This document shows, one piece after another, positions 38,711 to 49,335 of a stretch of 64,000 bases of DNA. Below the pieces are notes generated by a model. That model searched no databases. It saw only the letters and a program-made list of their open reading frames with translations, and was not told the DNA's origin. A program made the translations under genes and the position numbers. The DNA is from Oscillospiraceae bacterium (GTDB taxonomy: Bacteria; Bacillota; Clostridia; Oscillospirales; Oscillospiraceae), in the NCBI GenBank assembly GCA_024404315.1, contig JAKSQD010000005.1, forward strand, positions 599-64,598. The letters are read 5' to 3'. The number at the start of each line of letters is the position of its first letter. The stretch's first letter is position 1.

Positions 38711-39985
38711 TTATCTTTTGACTCTGCGCTTATTTCCTGGGGTATAGAGCACACTGTTACGCTGAGGCTGAGAGGTCGTATGGTTACGAGGTCTGTGCTG
38801 CTTATTTTGGGGCGGAAGCTCATCCGGTGTCTCGGTGTTTCGCACCCAATCTGGGTCACTTCGACTTCGAATGCCAGAAACCAAGCCCATTATCATAAAG
38901 TTGACCACCAGAGAAGTACCGCCTGCGGAAAAAAAGGGCAGGGTAACGCCGATAACCGGCATGACGAAAAGGCACATACCCAAGTTAAAACCAATCTGAG
39001 CAACAAACATACCAACGAATCCAAAGCAAATGAGGCTGTGGCAGGTATCGTTGCAGATAAAACCGATGTAGAGAATTCGCAGCAGAATCAGCGTCAAGAG
39101 GAGAATGACGATGGACGCTCCAACCATTCCCCACTCTTCGCAGCAGGTGGAGAAAATAAAGTCGTTGGTTCGTTCCGGGAGGCGAGAGCTTTGTGGATTC
39201 TGGGTCGTGATTCCCTTCATATACCCTTGTCCAAAGAAACCGCCGGAGCGAATAGCGGCGATGGAACGGAGCTGGTGCATGGAGACACCTTGGGGATCCA
39301 GCTCGTGGTCAAACAAGGTAAGAATACGGGCTTTATGGGTTTCATCATCTGGGATGATGGGCCAAACCACTCGAATTGCCGCCGTTAAAGAGGCAATGCC
39401 AAAGGCAAACCACAGCTTACTCAATCCAGCCCCCCACACCATAAACACAAAGATGAGGACAAAGATCAGGGCAGAGCCAAAGTCTTTGGAGAAAAACACG
39501 ACGATACCCGCAAAAAATCCCAGGGTGACACACATCAAAAGCACCGACGAAAGACGATTGATGACCTTTTGGCGTTTGAGATAGGTCAGCATATGAGCCA
39601 GGACGACGCAGAAGAATATTTTAACGATCTCGGCTGGCTGAATGGTCAGGCCTGTGCCCGGAATCATCAGCCAAGCGGTGTTGCCGTTCTGACTATACTT
39701 GAGCGGAGTTTTTAACAGTGCCATGAGCACAAAGCTGCCAAAGGTTACGAGCTTCCACTTCTGCCGCAGGATGTCAATATTAAACTGGCTAACGGCGAAA
39801 TAAAGAACGATGCCAGCGCACATCATGATGGCTTGTTTAAAGGGCATTCCATGGAGAACCGTTTTATATCGACTGGCGGAGTAAATCAGGATGACACCAT
39901 AGGAGCTGGCCGCAACGCAGAGCGCAAGCAGGATTTTATCCGCCTGTTTGAACGCATCCAGGATCAGATCACGCAAAGCAGACAT
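38711..39985 (-). CDS. FtsW/RodA/SpoVE (SEDS) family protein
   Basis: IQPAEIVK, KDFGSAL, LPERTNDFIFS..CEEWG, N.GM.L..MPV.GVTLPFFSAGGTS; start at ATG 39985 after SD GAGGTG. Confidence 0.92.
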   Translation of the reverse strand: MSALRDLILDAFKQADKILLALCVAASSYGVILIYSASRYKTVLHGMPFKQAIMMCAGIVLYFAVSQFNIDILRQKWKLVTFGSFVLMALLKTPLKYSQNGNTAWLMIPGTGLTIQPAEIVKIFFCVVLAHMLTYLKRQKVINRLSSVLLMCVTLGFFAGIVVFFSKDFGSALIFVLIFVFMVWGAGLSKLWFAFGIASLTAAIRVVWPIIPDDETHKARILTLFDHELDPQGVSMHQLRSIAAIRSGGFFGQGYMKGITTQNPQSSRLPERTNDFIFSTCCEEWGMVGASIVILLLTLILLRILYIGFICNDTCHSLICFGFVGMFVAQIGFNLGMCLFVMPVIGVTLPFFSAGGTSLVVNFMIMGLVSGIRSRSDPDWVRNTETPDELPPQNKQHRPRNHTTSQPQRNSVLYTPGNKRRVKR

Positions 39986-40141
39986 TTTGCCACCTCGTTT
40001 TCTTTTGAATTTTAGAGTTATTTTATCACAGACTTTTGGACGTGTAAACGAAATTTTTGTAAATAAGAAGGGAAGCCCTTTGAAGATGGAAAAGAAGATG
40101 GAAAAAACGATGCTGTTTCCAGCACCGTTTCCGTTCAAACT

Positions 40142-40484
40142 GCAAGTAAGCCTATAAGCCGGGTTCTGTTTTGACAGCCATCTATCTCGACCTGCCATTG
40201 CTGACAGGCTCAAGCCACCCCCACGGAACGGCCGGGCCGGCCTATTGTTCCCCCACGGTGTTGCTCCGAATAGAGTTTACAGAACGGAGCTGTTCCCAGT
40301 CCGTTGGTGAGCTCTTACCTCACCTTTCCACCCTTACCGGCATACAACCGGCGGTATATCTCTGTTGCACTTGTCCTGAAGTCGCCTTCGGCGGGCGTTA
40401 CCCGTTATTCTTGCCCTATGGAGCCCGGACTTTCCTCACCGACGGACGTTTCCCTCCGGCGGCGCGGCTGTCCAGCTTGCTTGC
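40142..40484 (-). ncRNA. rnpB: RNase P RNA
   Basis: Minus strand contains GAGGAAAGTCCGGGCTCC...AGTGCAACAGAG...CAGAACCCGGCTTA; termini are complementary. Confidence 0.97.
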
Positions 40485-40491
40485 GGTGGTT

Positions 40492-40520
40492 ATTATAGCG
40501 CCGGGAATGTGGTTTGTCAA
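40492..40520 (-). promoter_or_regulatory. rnpB promoter
   Basis: TTGACA-17 bp-TATAAT. Confidence 0.85.
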
Positions 40521-40597
40521 GGGGGGCGGAAACGCTTTGGATGGGATAGCGGGATATTTGTTGTAAAAAGCACTTTTTTCCACTTGTGTTCTCCCCT

Positions 40598-41212
40598 TTA
40601 CTCCTCCCCTTGCAGCAGCGTCATGATGCTGATTTCATAAGCAATGCGGCGGGTTTCCACACCGTCGATGAGCTTGGTATATTCCCGTGATTGGAGGCGA
40701 CCTGTGAGATGAATGCCCTCGCCGATGTTCATGCGGCTACATCGGGCGGCAAGGCTTCCCCAGGCGATGCAGGGTAAGTAATCAGCTCGTCCATAGGGTC
40801 GGTTGACCGCTAAAATCAAGTCGGTGATTTCCCGACCCAAGGGCGTGACACGGTAGATGGGCGCTTTGCAGAGCACCCCTGCCAGCGTCAACCGGTTGTC
40901 ATCCTCCCCCACCGTGTCAGAGCTGATGTGCCGGGCAAAGAGGGTAATCACCAGCTTGCTCCCCATACCAGAGCGGTTATTATAGGAACGCACCTCTCCT
41001 TCTATTCGCACTCGGTCTCCGGCACACACGGGGCAGCGCTCCAGCAGTGTGCGTGGGATGAGGACATTCACCACGTCCTCCGCCCCAGACAGCCGCAGGC
41101 AGCGCAATGGAAGCCGATAAAAATCCTCTCCATGACTGGCGTGGGAAAATTCCGGCTCCTGCATGGCCTCCCCAATAAGAAGGGCTTGATTGACGTTCCA
41201 GTCCGTTTTCAT
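40598..41212 (-). CDS. Tandem-OB-fold single-stranded DNA-binding protein (clostridial type)
   Basis: N..L.G......FSH..HGE.FY; GEVRSYN; R.TPLGREITDLILAVNRPYGRADYLPCIAWG; GRLQSREY.K. Confidence 0.85.
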   Translation of the reverse strand: MKTDWNVNQALLIGEAMQEPEFSHASHGEDFYRLPLRCLRLSGAEDVVNVLIPRTLLERCPVCAGDRVRIEGEVRSYNNRSGMGSKLVITLFARHISSDTVGEDDNRLTLAGVLCKAPIYRVTPLGREITDLILAVNRPYGRADYLPCIAWGSLAARCSRMNIGEGIHLTGRLQSREYTKLIDGVETRRIAYEISIMTLLQGEE

Positions 41213-41338
41213 AAGCAACGCTCCTTGAAATTCATTCTGATGGAGCTTATGCGGGTCACGATTGGAAAAGAACCCGTTTACATCGGATGAAAAATGGACT
41301 ATAATCAATGAAAATGGACAAAAAGAGAGGTTTTCCCC

Positions 41339-41830
41339 ATGAACATTCAGGTCAGAGGCTATCACGCCGAGGATCTCCCCCATCTCATCCGCATCTGGAA
41401 CCAAGTTGTTGAGGATGGCGTTGCTTTTCCCCAGGAAGATGCACTGGACGATGTGACCGGTGCAGCTTTCTTTGCCGAGCAGACCCACACCGCCGCCGCT
41501 GTGGATACAGACACTGGCAGGGTTTGCGGTCTTTACATTCTGCATCCCAACAACATTGGACGCTGCGGCCACATCTGCAACGCCAGTTACGCTGTGGATC
41601 GTCAGCTGCGGGGTCTGCACATCGGTGAAAAGCTGGTGCTGGACTGTCTGAAAGAAGGCAAAGCGCATGGTTTTTCCGTTTTGCAATTCAATGCTGTGGT
41701 TGCCAGCAATATTCACGCTCGGCATCTTTACGAACGCCTTGGTTTTGTGCAGCTAGGAGTGATTCCTCACGGCTTCCGCATGAAGGATGGACATTATGAG
41801 GACATTTGTCCTTATTACCACGAGCTATAA
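41339..41830 (+). CDS. GNAT family N-acetyltransferase
   Basis: NASYAV...RG.HIG, QFNAVVASN..A..LYERLGF. Confidence 0.9.
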   Translation: MNIQVRGYHAEDLPHLIRIWNQVVEDGVAFPQEDALDDVTGAAFFAEQTHTAAAVDTDTGRVCGLYILHPNNIGRCGHICNASYAVDRQLRGLHIGEKLVLDCLKEGKAHGFSVLQFNAVVASNIHARHLYERLGFVQLGVIPHGFRMKDGHYEDICPYYHEL

Positions 41831-41844
41831 GGAGAAAATCTTCC

Positions 41845-42396
41845 ATGAACAAGCTGCTGATTGCGTCGGATATTCACGGCTCCGCCTACTACTGTCAAAA
41901 GCTGATGGAGCGCATAGAGTGGGAGGCTCCTGACCGCATTCTCTTGCTGGGGGACTTACTCTATCACGGCCCAAGAAACAATCTGCCCCGGGATTATGAC
42001 CCCAAACAAGTGATTTCTCTTTTAAATGGTCTGAAAAACCGGTTGCTGTGTGTGCGGGGCAACTGTGACACAGAGGTGGATCAAATGGTGTTGGCCTTCC
42101 CCATGATGGCGGATTATGCCGTGTTGACACTGGGCGACACAATGGTATACGCCACCCACGGCCACCATGCCAACGAGGAGCATCCTCTGCCGCATTGTCC
42201 CGGAGATGTGCTTTTGTGCGGTCACACCCATATCCCCGCCTGGAATTGGCATGAGGATTTTCTTTATTTGAATCCCGGTTCGGTGTCCATCCCAAAGGAC
42301 GGCTCTTGTCACAGCTATTTGATGTGGGAAAATGGCGTATTTTTGTGGAAAGACGTGGAAAATGGTCAAATTTACCATGAATGGAATCTGAAATAA
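41845..42396 (+). CDS. Metallophosphoesterase (YfcE-like)
   Basis: SDIHG, LGDLLYHGPRN, VRGNCD, HGH, GHTH, NPGS. Confidence 0.92.
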   Translation: MNKLLIASDIHGSAYYCQKLMERIEWEAPDRILLLGDLLYHGPRNNLPRDYDPKQVISLLNGLKNRLLCVRGNCDTEVDQMVLAFPMMADYAVLTLGDTMVYATHGHHANEEHPLPHCPGDVLLCGHTHIPAWNWHEDFLYLNPGSVSIPKDGSCHSYLMWENGVFLWKDVENGQIYHEWNLK

Positions 42397-42498
42397 GAAA
42401 ACGGTCTGAAAAGCAGCTCTGTGACGGCACATCACGAACGGCTTTTCAGACCGTATGTTTGTTTGATTCAGCGCAAAACCGCTGTATGGTACGCTTGA

Positions 42499-42855
42499 TT
42501 AGAAGCCCAGACCGCCCAGATTCAGGTTGCCGGTGATGCGGTTCATGGTGTTGGCTGCGTCCTCATCTGCCTGACGGTTGGCATCGTTGATGGCGGTCAG
42601 GAGCATATCCTGGAGCAGCTCCACATCCTCGGGAGCCAGAACCTCGGGTTTAATCTCGATGGACTTGAGCTGATGCTTACCGGTGACGACCACCTTCACA
42701 GCGCCGCCGCCGGACTGAGAGACGTACTCACGGGTCTGAAGGCTGGACTGCGTTTTCTGCATATCAGCGGACATCTTTTGAGCCTGGCGCAGCATATTGG
42801 GGTTGATACCGCCGCCCATGCCGCGCATACCGCGGCTATTAAAACCTTTTGCCAT
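42499..42855 (-). CDS. ybaB: YbaB/EbfC nucleoid-associated protein
   Basis: QAQKM, SGGGAVKV, D.E.LQD....A.NDA; downstream of dnaX. Confidence 0.93.
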   Translation of the reverse strand: MAKGFNSRGMRGMGGGINPNMLRQAQKMSADMQKTQSSLQTREYVSQSGGGAVKVVVTGKHQLKSIEIKPEVLAPEDVELLQDMLLTAINDANRQADEDAANTMNRITGNLNLGGLGF

Positions 42856-43039
42856 TTGCGTTGATCTCCTTTGCATTTCAGCACTTCCTGAGTTCTTGCG
42901 TTTGTAAATCGAAGAATTGAGACCTATTTTTGACCAAACGAATCTCCAAGAAGGCTTATCTGTTACTTTTTTGTAAAATACGCCAAACGATAGGTTTGCG
43001 CTTCACAATATCCTCTGTATTATAACCAATTTCTGACGC

Positions 43040-44893
43040 TCAGTCAATGGTCAGAATTTCTTTTCCGAGCTCTGTATGGGCAAAGGCCATCAGCTCGTTC
43101 ATGGGGTCAACGGCCTCTTGTGGACGCAGGAAGCTTTGCTCTCCATTGGCCGCTGTTTGAGACGGCTCCACCTCCACCAGCACTCGAACCGGATGGCCAG
43201 CCTTCGCCGTGGCAGCAAGCTCAATGATTTGCTTGTCCCGCTCGTTGCTCAACCACATTCTTCCTCCCTCGTCGGGGGCATAAATGGTCAAGCGCTCTCC
43301 GTCATAAAGACCTGTGAGTAGGTTTTTGGTGATATAGCCATAAAAAACTTGACCCACCTGCTGAAGGAGCATGGGAGACAGCTCCTGCCAGAATTTAGGA
43401 TCACCGGCGGCGGCCATACCACTGGGGCGGTTCCGGTGGCCAGTCTTGGGGCGAGGGCTGTTCTGGTGGGGGTTGTTTGCCTGCGGCATATGGGTCGGAA
43501 TCTGCTCCAGGAGGAACTCCTCTTCTGGTTCGGGCGGCGCTTCCTCTGGAATGGGAATCTCTTCTTCCAGCAGTGCCGCCGGTGGAAGCTCCTCCATGGG
43601 GGGCGGAACCATTTCCTCCTGCGCTTGTTCCACTGTTCCCGCTTCCGGGTCCTCCTCCTCTATCGGAGGGGAATCCACAAAAGGGCGGGCAGGTTCCTCC
43701 ATAGGCTCCTCAGAGAACGAAGGAAGCGGGGTTCCCGCAGGAAGGGTTCCAGTGGCAATGGCAGCCTCAATTCGGGTGAGACGTTCTGACAGGCTCAGGA
43801 CGGAGCCGTCTAGGCGCTTATCACACAGACGAATCAAACACAGCTCCGCATCTGTTCGCCGGTCTGCGCTGGTTTTTAACTTGGTCAAGGTCTCTTGAAT
43901 CAGGTTCAGATTGTGAAGTAGCCGCTGCGGTGTCATATTCCGAGAAAGGGCACGCATGGTGGCCTCGTCATAGCCACCCGCCATCAGTCCGGGGGTGCTT
44001 CCTCCGGTTGTCAGACGCAGCAGCAGATCACGGGTCAATCCTGCCAGCTCCGAAAGGAGCGCACTCACATCCTTGCCAGCGGCGTAAAGGTCGGACAGCT
44101 CCGTGAGCGCCGAAGCGGTATCCCCTTTGCGAATGGCGTTCATAATATGGGCGGTACGGGTATTGCCCACCAGACCCAGGGCATCCAGCACGGCCTGTTT
44201 ATCCACAGTTTGGCCGGAAATGGCACACTGATCCAACAGAGAAAGCGCATCACGAAGAGCGCCATCTGCCAAGCGTGAGAGAATCGCAGCTCCATCCTCA
44301 GTGAGAGAAATCCCTTCTAATTGGGCAATATAAAGCAGACGGTTCTGGATATCTGTCGGCTGAATGCGCTTGAAGGAAAAGCGCTGGCAACGGGAAAGAA
44401 TGGTCGCCGGAACCTTATGTAGTTCGGTGGTCGCCAGAATAAAAATAACATGCTCCGGCGGCTCCTCTAAAATCTTGAGCAAAGCGTTAAAAGCGCCGAC
44501 AGACAGCATATGCACCTCGTCGATGATATACACACGGCGGCGCACTGCGGCAGGCGCATATACAGCCTCATCCCGGAGGGCACGCACCTGATCGACACCG
44601 TTATTGGAAGCGGCATCCAGCTCCACGACATCCAGAATGGAAGCAGACTCAATTCCCAGACAGGCGGGACAGGTTCCGCAGGGGTTGCCTTCCACCGGCG
44701 TTTGACAGTTGACTGCTTTGGCCATGAGCTTGGCGCAGGTCGTTTTACCGGTTCCCCGGGTTCCGGTAAAGAGATAGGCATGGGACAGATGGTCTGTCAT
44801 AATCTGCCGCTTGAGTGTTCGGGTGATATGAGACTGACCTACCACATCGTCAAAGGTTTTAGGCCGCCATTTGCGGTAAAGAGCCTGATACAC
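43040..44893 (-). CDS. dnaX: DNA polymerase III gamma/tau
   Basis: GTG start YQALYRKWRP, GTRGTGKTT, DEVHML, ILSRCQRF. Confidence 0.97.
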   Translation of the reverse strand: MYQALYRKWRPKTFDDVVGQSHITRTLKRQIMTDHLSHAYLFTGTRGTGKTTCAKLMAKAVNCQTPVEGNPCGTCPACLGIESASILDVVELDAASNNGVDQVRALRDEAVYAPAAVRRRVYIIDEVHMLSVGAFNALLKILEEPPEHVIFILATTELHKVPATILSRCQRFSFKRIQPTDIQNRLLYIAQLEGISLTEDGAAILSRLADGALRDALSLLDQCAISGQTVDKQAVLDALGLVGNTRTAHIMNAIRKGDTASALTELSDLYAAGKDVSALLSELAGLTRDLLLRLTTGGSTPGLMAGGYDEATMRALSRNMTPQRLLHNLNLIQETLTKLKTSADRRTDAELCLIRLCDKRLDGSVLSLSERLTRIEAAIATGTLPAGTPLPSFSEEPMEEPARPFVDSPPIEEEDPEAGTVEQAQEEMVPPPMEELPPAALLEEEIPIPEEAPPEPEEEFLLEQIPTHMPQANNPHQNSPRPKTGHRNRPSGMAAAGDPKFWQELSPMLLQQVGQVFYGYITKNLLTGLYDGERLTIYAPDEGGRMWLSNERDKQIIELAATAKAGHPVRVLVEVEPSQTAANGEQSFLRPQEAVDPMNELMAFAHTELGKEILTID

Positions 44894-44981
44894 CGTAAAG
44901 ACCTCCAGAAAAAGAAAAAGCACGAAACCATGACGGTTCCGCACCGATGGACGGATCCCGTCCGAAAATAAGTATAAGAAA

Positions 44982-45111
44982 ACTCCGGCAATCAAACAGA
45001 AACGGCTGGCCGCAACACACCGAAGTGTCCGCTTAATGCTGCTCGGTTCCCCGCCTGACATGGTTCACGGTCTCCCGTTGCGCGGGACCGTAACTGCTGA
45101 CTGCCGGAGCA
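44982..45111 (-). ncRNA. ffs: Signal recognition particle RNA
   Basis: Minus strand TCAGGCGGGGAACCGAGCAGCA (SRP helix 8); closing helix CTCCGGCA/TGCCGGAG; TTGCCA-17-TATAGT promoter upstream; lies just upstream of dnaX. Confidence 0.88.
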
Positions 45112-45342
45112 GGATTACTATATCACACTGTGTTCCGTTTGGCAAGTGTTTTTTTCGTTTTTCTCAAAAAATTTTGCAAAAATTTTGCTTCAAATTTCTG
45201 ACAACTCTTATTTCTTTCGCTTTTTTCTCTTCCATCCCATTTCATCGACCATCTCGGTCTTGACATCACGCCAAATTTCATTACAATAGATGATATTACT
45301 ACCTGTTTTTTTGCCAGTGTGTTTGAGAAGGAGGTTTGCGCC

Positions 45343-46140
45343 TTGGGAAAAGCAATCAAACGAATTGATGTTCCAACTGGTACGCTCAGAGCCAGCGAGC
45401 TGAAACGCCTGGCTATGGAGGTTTTTCAATACCAGTATTTTGATGGTATCATTCTGTTCGCCGATCCCTGTGACATTCCATTTTATGGAACAGCGCTGTC
45501 TCTGATCCTCAAAAACTTCCATCGTCCCATTGTTTTTTTCCACAAAGAGCATCTGGCGCAGGATGCCACCGCTTGGGCAGAGCTGGGCGTAAATGGTGTG
45601 TTCGCTCTGGGCGACGATGGGCTTGATTTGGCCTGCCGCACCACTTATGAGCCATGTGACGGTCTTTGCAGCCCCCATTATCCTCAAGTGGGACAATGGA
45701 CGGTTCGGCGCAGCTTTCTCCAGCATCTGCTTCCTTTAGAAGAACGGGATCCCTTTCTGATGTGCGATGCCCTGAATGACAAGGTTCTCGCTTTCTATCC
45801 TGGGGATGACCTGGCCAGCCACCCCGGATTAGAGACAATGAGCGGTGTTCTGATTGCTGTAAATGGAGAAAAAGACATGAAATGGCTGCTGGAAGAACAG
45901 ATGCCCGCTCTGACCCGTTTGCGGCGGCGGCGGATTCCTGTGGTAGTAACCGGCTTGCCCATGGACACCGGCGACCCCATCCGTCGGAGACAGCTGCTTT
46001 TGTCTGGCATTATCTCTGCCGGTGATATGACCCGTGAAGCGGCCTTGGTCAAGCTGATGTGGACCTTGGCACGAACCACTTCCTTTGACGGTCTCCGGCT
46101 GTATTTTGGTCTGAGCTTTGCAGGGGAAGTCTCTCAGTAA
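45343..46140 (+). CDS. Degenerate asparaginase-fold protein
   Basis: DGIILFADPCDIPFYGTALSLIL aligns with DGFVITHGTDT..Y.A.ALS..L; C-terminal ISAGDMTREAALVKLMW.L; TTG start after SD AGGAGG. Confidence 0.7.
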   Translation: MGKAIKRIDVPTGTLRASELKRLAMEVFQYQYFDGIILFADPCDIPFYGTALSLILKNFHRPIVFFHKEHLAQDATAWAELGVNGVFALGDDGLDLACRTTYEPCDGLCSPHYPQVGQWTVRRSFLQHLLPLEERDPFLMCDALNDKVLAFYPGDDLASHPGLETMSGVLIAVNGEKDMKWLLEEQMPALTRLRRRRIPVVVTGLPMDTGDPIRRRQLLLSGIISAGDMTREAALVKLMWTLARTTSFDGLRLYFGLSFAGEVSQ

Positions 46141-46200
46141 CAGTTGTGTTTGTTTTGCCGGAGCGTTCCGGTTTACAAAATAAAGGAGGAGCTATCATCT

Positions 46201-47142
46201 ATGAAAACTTATGCGTTTGGCGTGGACATTGGCGGAACCACGGTCAAAATCGGTCTGTTTACCACAAGCGGCACCATGGTGGACAAGTGGGAAATCCCCA
46301 CTCGCACGGAAAACAACGGCGAAAACGTGCTGCCTGATATTTCGGCTTCCATTCGGGAACATTTGGCCTCCCGCTCCATTGACTCGGAGCTGGTGGAAGG
46401 CATCGGTGTCGGCGTTCCTGGCCCCGTGGGTGATGACAACACCGTTTACAAGTGCGTCAATCTGGGCTGGGGTGTGTTCAACGTCAAAGACCGCATGAAC
46501 GCTCTGCTGCCCGAAATCCCCAATGTAGCCGCTGGCAACGACGCAAACGTGGCAGCGCTGGGCGAGCTTTGGCAGGGCGGTGCCAAGAGCCACAAGAGTG
46601 CCGTGATGTTTACCCTGGGCACGGGTGTCGGCGGCGGCGTGGTCATGAACGAGAACATTGTGGCCGGTACCAACGGCGGCGCAGGCGAAGTGGGACACAT
46701 CACCGTAGAACCCAACGAGACCATTCCCTGCGGCTGCGGCAAGTACGGTTGTTTGGAGCAGTATGCCTCCGCAAATGGCATTGTCCACCTGGCTAAGACC
46801 ATGCTGGAAAAGTGCGATAAGCCTTCTCAGCTCCGTGAGATGGAAACCTTCACTTCTAAGGATATCTGTGACCTGGCTCGTGAGGGAGAAGAGATGGCTT
46901 GTGCCATTCTGGACAAGTGCGGTTCCTATCTGGGACGTGCAATGAGCTATGTTTCCTGCGCCATTGATCCCGAAGTGTACGTCATTGGCGGCGGCATGAG
47001 CCGTGCCGGTGCTGTGTTGACGGATTCCATCGAGAAATATTACAAGAAATACGCATTCCATGTTTCCGCAAACACCAAGATTGTGGTTGCCCAGCTCGGC
47101 AATGACGCTGGTATGTATGGTTGCGTGAAAATGATTCTGTAA
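46201..47142 (+). CDS. ROK family glucokinase
   Basis: GVDIGGT, NDANVAALGE, TLGTGVGGG, GEVGH, CGCGKYGCLE. Confidence 0.93.
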   Translation: MKTYAFGVDIGGTTVKIGLFTTSGTMVDKWEIPTRTENNGENVLPDISASIREHLASRSIDSELVEGIGVGVPGPVGDDNTVYKCVNLGWGVFNVKDRMNALLPEIPNVAAGNDANVAALGELWQGGAKSHKSAVMFTLGTGVGGGVVMNENIVAGTNGGAGEVGHITVEPNETIPCGCGKYGCLEQYASANGIVHLAKTMLEKCDKPSQLREMETFTSKDICDLAREGEEMACAILDKCGSYLGRAMSYVSCAIDPEVYVIGGGMSRAGAVLTDSIEKYYKKYAFHVSANTKIVVAQLGNDAGMYGCVKMIL

Positions 47143-47303
47143 GCGATGCTCAGTGAGGGGAACTCATAGGAATTCGCTTTCCATCCCATAGAAACAAGAA
47201 TAAGCCTGAAACGGAAGCGCTTCGTTTCAGGCTTTCTTCTATCAAAAAGTTGGGAAAGCGAGAAATCCACTTTCCCAACCAACCGTCTTATTAGGATAGG
47301 CTC

Positions 47304-49301
47304 TTACTTAGAGATGGTTCTCCAGGTGCAGTTCATTCCCACCTGACGGGTATAGCCGTCGTCCTGATAGAGTTCGTAAGAGACAGGCTCAGTGGTCCAA
47401 CCTACCACAGTAAAGTCCTCTTCGTTCAGCTCTGCGACACACTGGGCGGGCTGTGCCAGAGGAACGATGTGGTTCTTTTTGACGAACATGGGAACCTCGT
47501 TGAGTGCAACGGAAATATAATGGATTCCCTTGGTCAGCTCCTCCTGATAGAGAGTTCCGTCGGGCATGAACTTCACCAGCAGCATATCCTCTGGCAGATA
47601 GACCACACGGCCAGAAGCGTTCTGCTGATAGACGGGAGCGACCATCAGGCTGTCACCCAGCATGAGCTGATCCTCGGTCTCCCTCGCAATGGCATCTTCG
47701 GGATACTCAAAGGCAAGGGGGCGGAAATACATCTCGTCATTCTCAACCGCCTTTACCAGCTCGCTGTAAAGGTAAGGCAGCAGGCGGTAACGAACGCCCA
47801 CGACATGGGCGAAGTCCTCGGGCTTCTCCCACTGATAGCACTCCTGCTCACGAGTACCAAGGGCGGCATGGTTCCGCATGAGCGGCGTGAACACGCCAAA
47901 GGCCAGCCAGCGCAGCACCAGATCACGGGTGGTATTTACGCCAAAGCCGCCAATATCCGCACCGGTAAAGAGGAAACCGCACATATTCAGAGCGGGCATC
48001 ATTTTGATGTTCAGCAGCAGGTGAGACCACCAGGACTTGTTATCCCCCGTCCAGATGCCGCCGTAACGGTGCATCCCGATATAAGAGGAGCGGGAGAACA
48101 TCAAAATGCGCTTGTCGGGAGAAATGCGCTCAAAGGCTTCTCCGGCGGCTCGGGTCATGTTGTAGCCGAAGAGGTTGTGTACCTGATCGTGGCATACTCG
48201 CTGACCGTTGACATTATGATAGAAACGAGTGTAATTTTCCGGGGTGGTCAGCAGCTCGGAAAGAGCGTTTGCCCGGTTATACGCAGTCTCGTCAATGGGA
48301 CTATCCAGGAATTCCCGGATGCCCTTTTTGTATGCCTCCATGCTGTCGTAGGTATAGAAGATAGAAGGCTCGTTCATATCGTTCCAGAAGCCGTCCACGC
48401 CCTGCTCCAGCAGGCGCTGATACTGGCTGCCAAACCACGCACGGGCTTCGGCGTTCAGGAAGTCGGGCATATAGGCAGGGCCGGGCCACACAGCCATCAT
48501 ATAAGGCTTGCCATCCTCACCGGTGCAAAAATACCCGTTTTTCACCCCTTCATCATGGACGGAGTAGCCCTCCTCCACCTTGACACCAGCGTCAATGATG
48601 GGCACCAGATGCACCTTCTTTTCCTTCATCGCCGCAGTAAAGGCGGGGAAATCGGGGAAATTTTTTTCGTTGGTGGTAAAGTCCTTGTAGCGTTCCATGT
48701 AATCAATATCCATGTAAACCGCATCCAGAGGAATGCCCAGCTTTCGGTAAGTATCCGCCACGAAGAGGAAATCCTCGGGGGTTTTATAACCCCATCGACT
48801 TTGACCAAAGCCCATGCCCCACTTGGGAGGCAGATAGCTCTTGCCGATGATCTGGCGGAACTCTTTGACAATGGCTAAGGCGCTTTCTCCTGTGAGTACA
48901 TAGAGGTACAAATCCGCTTTGGCGCAGGAGACGGTCAAGGTATCCTGACGGGTATATCCGATATCAAATTCCAATTTGGTGGGATAGTCAAAAAACAGGC
49001 CCACTTTCTCTTCGCCGTCTAAGAGGATAAAATTCTGGGAACCATAGAGGGAGATTTTATCCTCATGATGGTGAGGATCGTCGGTGGCGTAGCTGATATA
49101 ACGATATCCTCGCTTGTTCATGCCTCGCAGGGTTTCGCCCAGGCCATAAACAACCTCCTTCTCCCCCATTGTATAGGTAAAACAGAAGCCATGCTCACCC
49201 GTCTCAATGGTTCCAACGCTGGGCAACCCTTCAGCGCATTCCATCTCCCGCACGACCGCTTCGGTTTCGAATGGGGTTCCAAATTTGTATTTTTGAACCA
49301 T
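47304..49301 (-). CDS. Glycoside hydrolase family 31 (alpha-glucosidase-like)
   Basis: YMDIDYM, IIDAGVK, FWNDMNEPS, WTGDN, GADIGGF. Confidence 0.93.
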   Translation of the reverse strand: MVQKYKFGTPFETEAVVREMECAEGLPSVGTIETGEHGFCFTYTMGEKEVVYGLGETLRGMNKRGYRYISYATDDPHHHEDKISLYGSQNFILLDGEEKVGLFFDYPTKLEFDIGYTRQDTLTVSCAKADLYLYVLTGESALAIVKEFRQIIGKSYLPPKWGMGFGQSRWGYKTPEDFLFVADTYRKLGIPLDAVYMDIDYMERYKDFTTNEKNFPDFPAFTAAMKEKKVHLVPIIDAGVKVEEGYSVHDEGVKNGYFCTGEDGKPYMMAVWPGPAYMPDFLNAEARAWFGSQYQRLLEQGVDGFWNDMNEPSIFYTYDSMEAYKKGIREFLDSPIDETAYNRANALSELLTTPENYTRFYHNVNGQRVCHDQVHNLFGYNMTRAAGEAFERISPDKRILMFSRSSYIGMHRYGGIWTGDNKSWWSHLLLNIKMMPALNMCGFLFTGADIGGFGVNTTRDLVLRWLAFGVFTPLMRNHAALGTREQECYQWEKPEDFAHVVGVRYRLLPYLYSELVKAVENDEMYFRPLAFEYPEDAIARETEDQLMLGDSLMVAPVYQQNASGRVVYLPEDMLLVKFMPDGTLYQEELTKGIHYISVALNEVPMFVKKNHIVPLAQPAQCVAELNEEDFTVVGWTTEPVSYELYQDDGYTRQVGMNCTWRTISK

Positions 49302-49335
49302 TTCAGTTCCTCCTGTCAATGTTTTGCTTCTCTCC

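Noticed and set aside
42397-42498. recR missing after dnaX-ybaB
   Set aside because: A simple synteny break with a bidirectional hairpin; no remnant is visible and rearrangement here is unremarkable.
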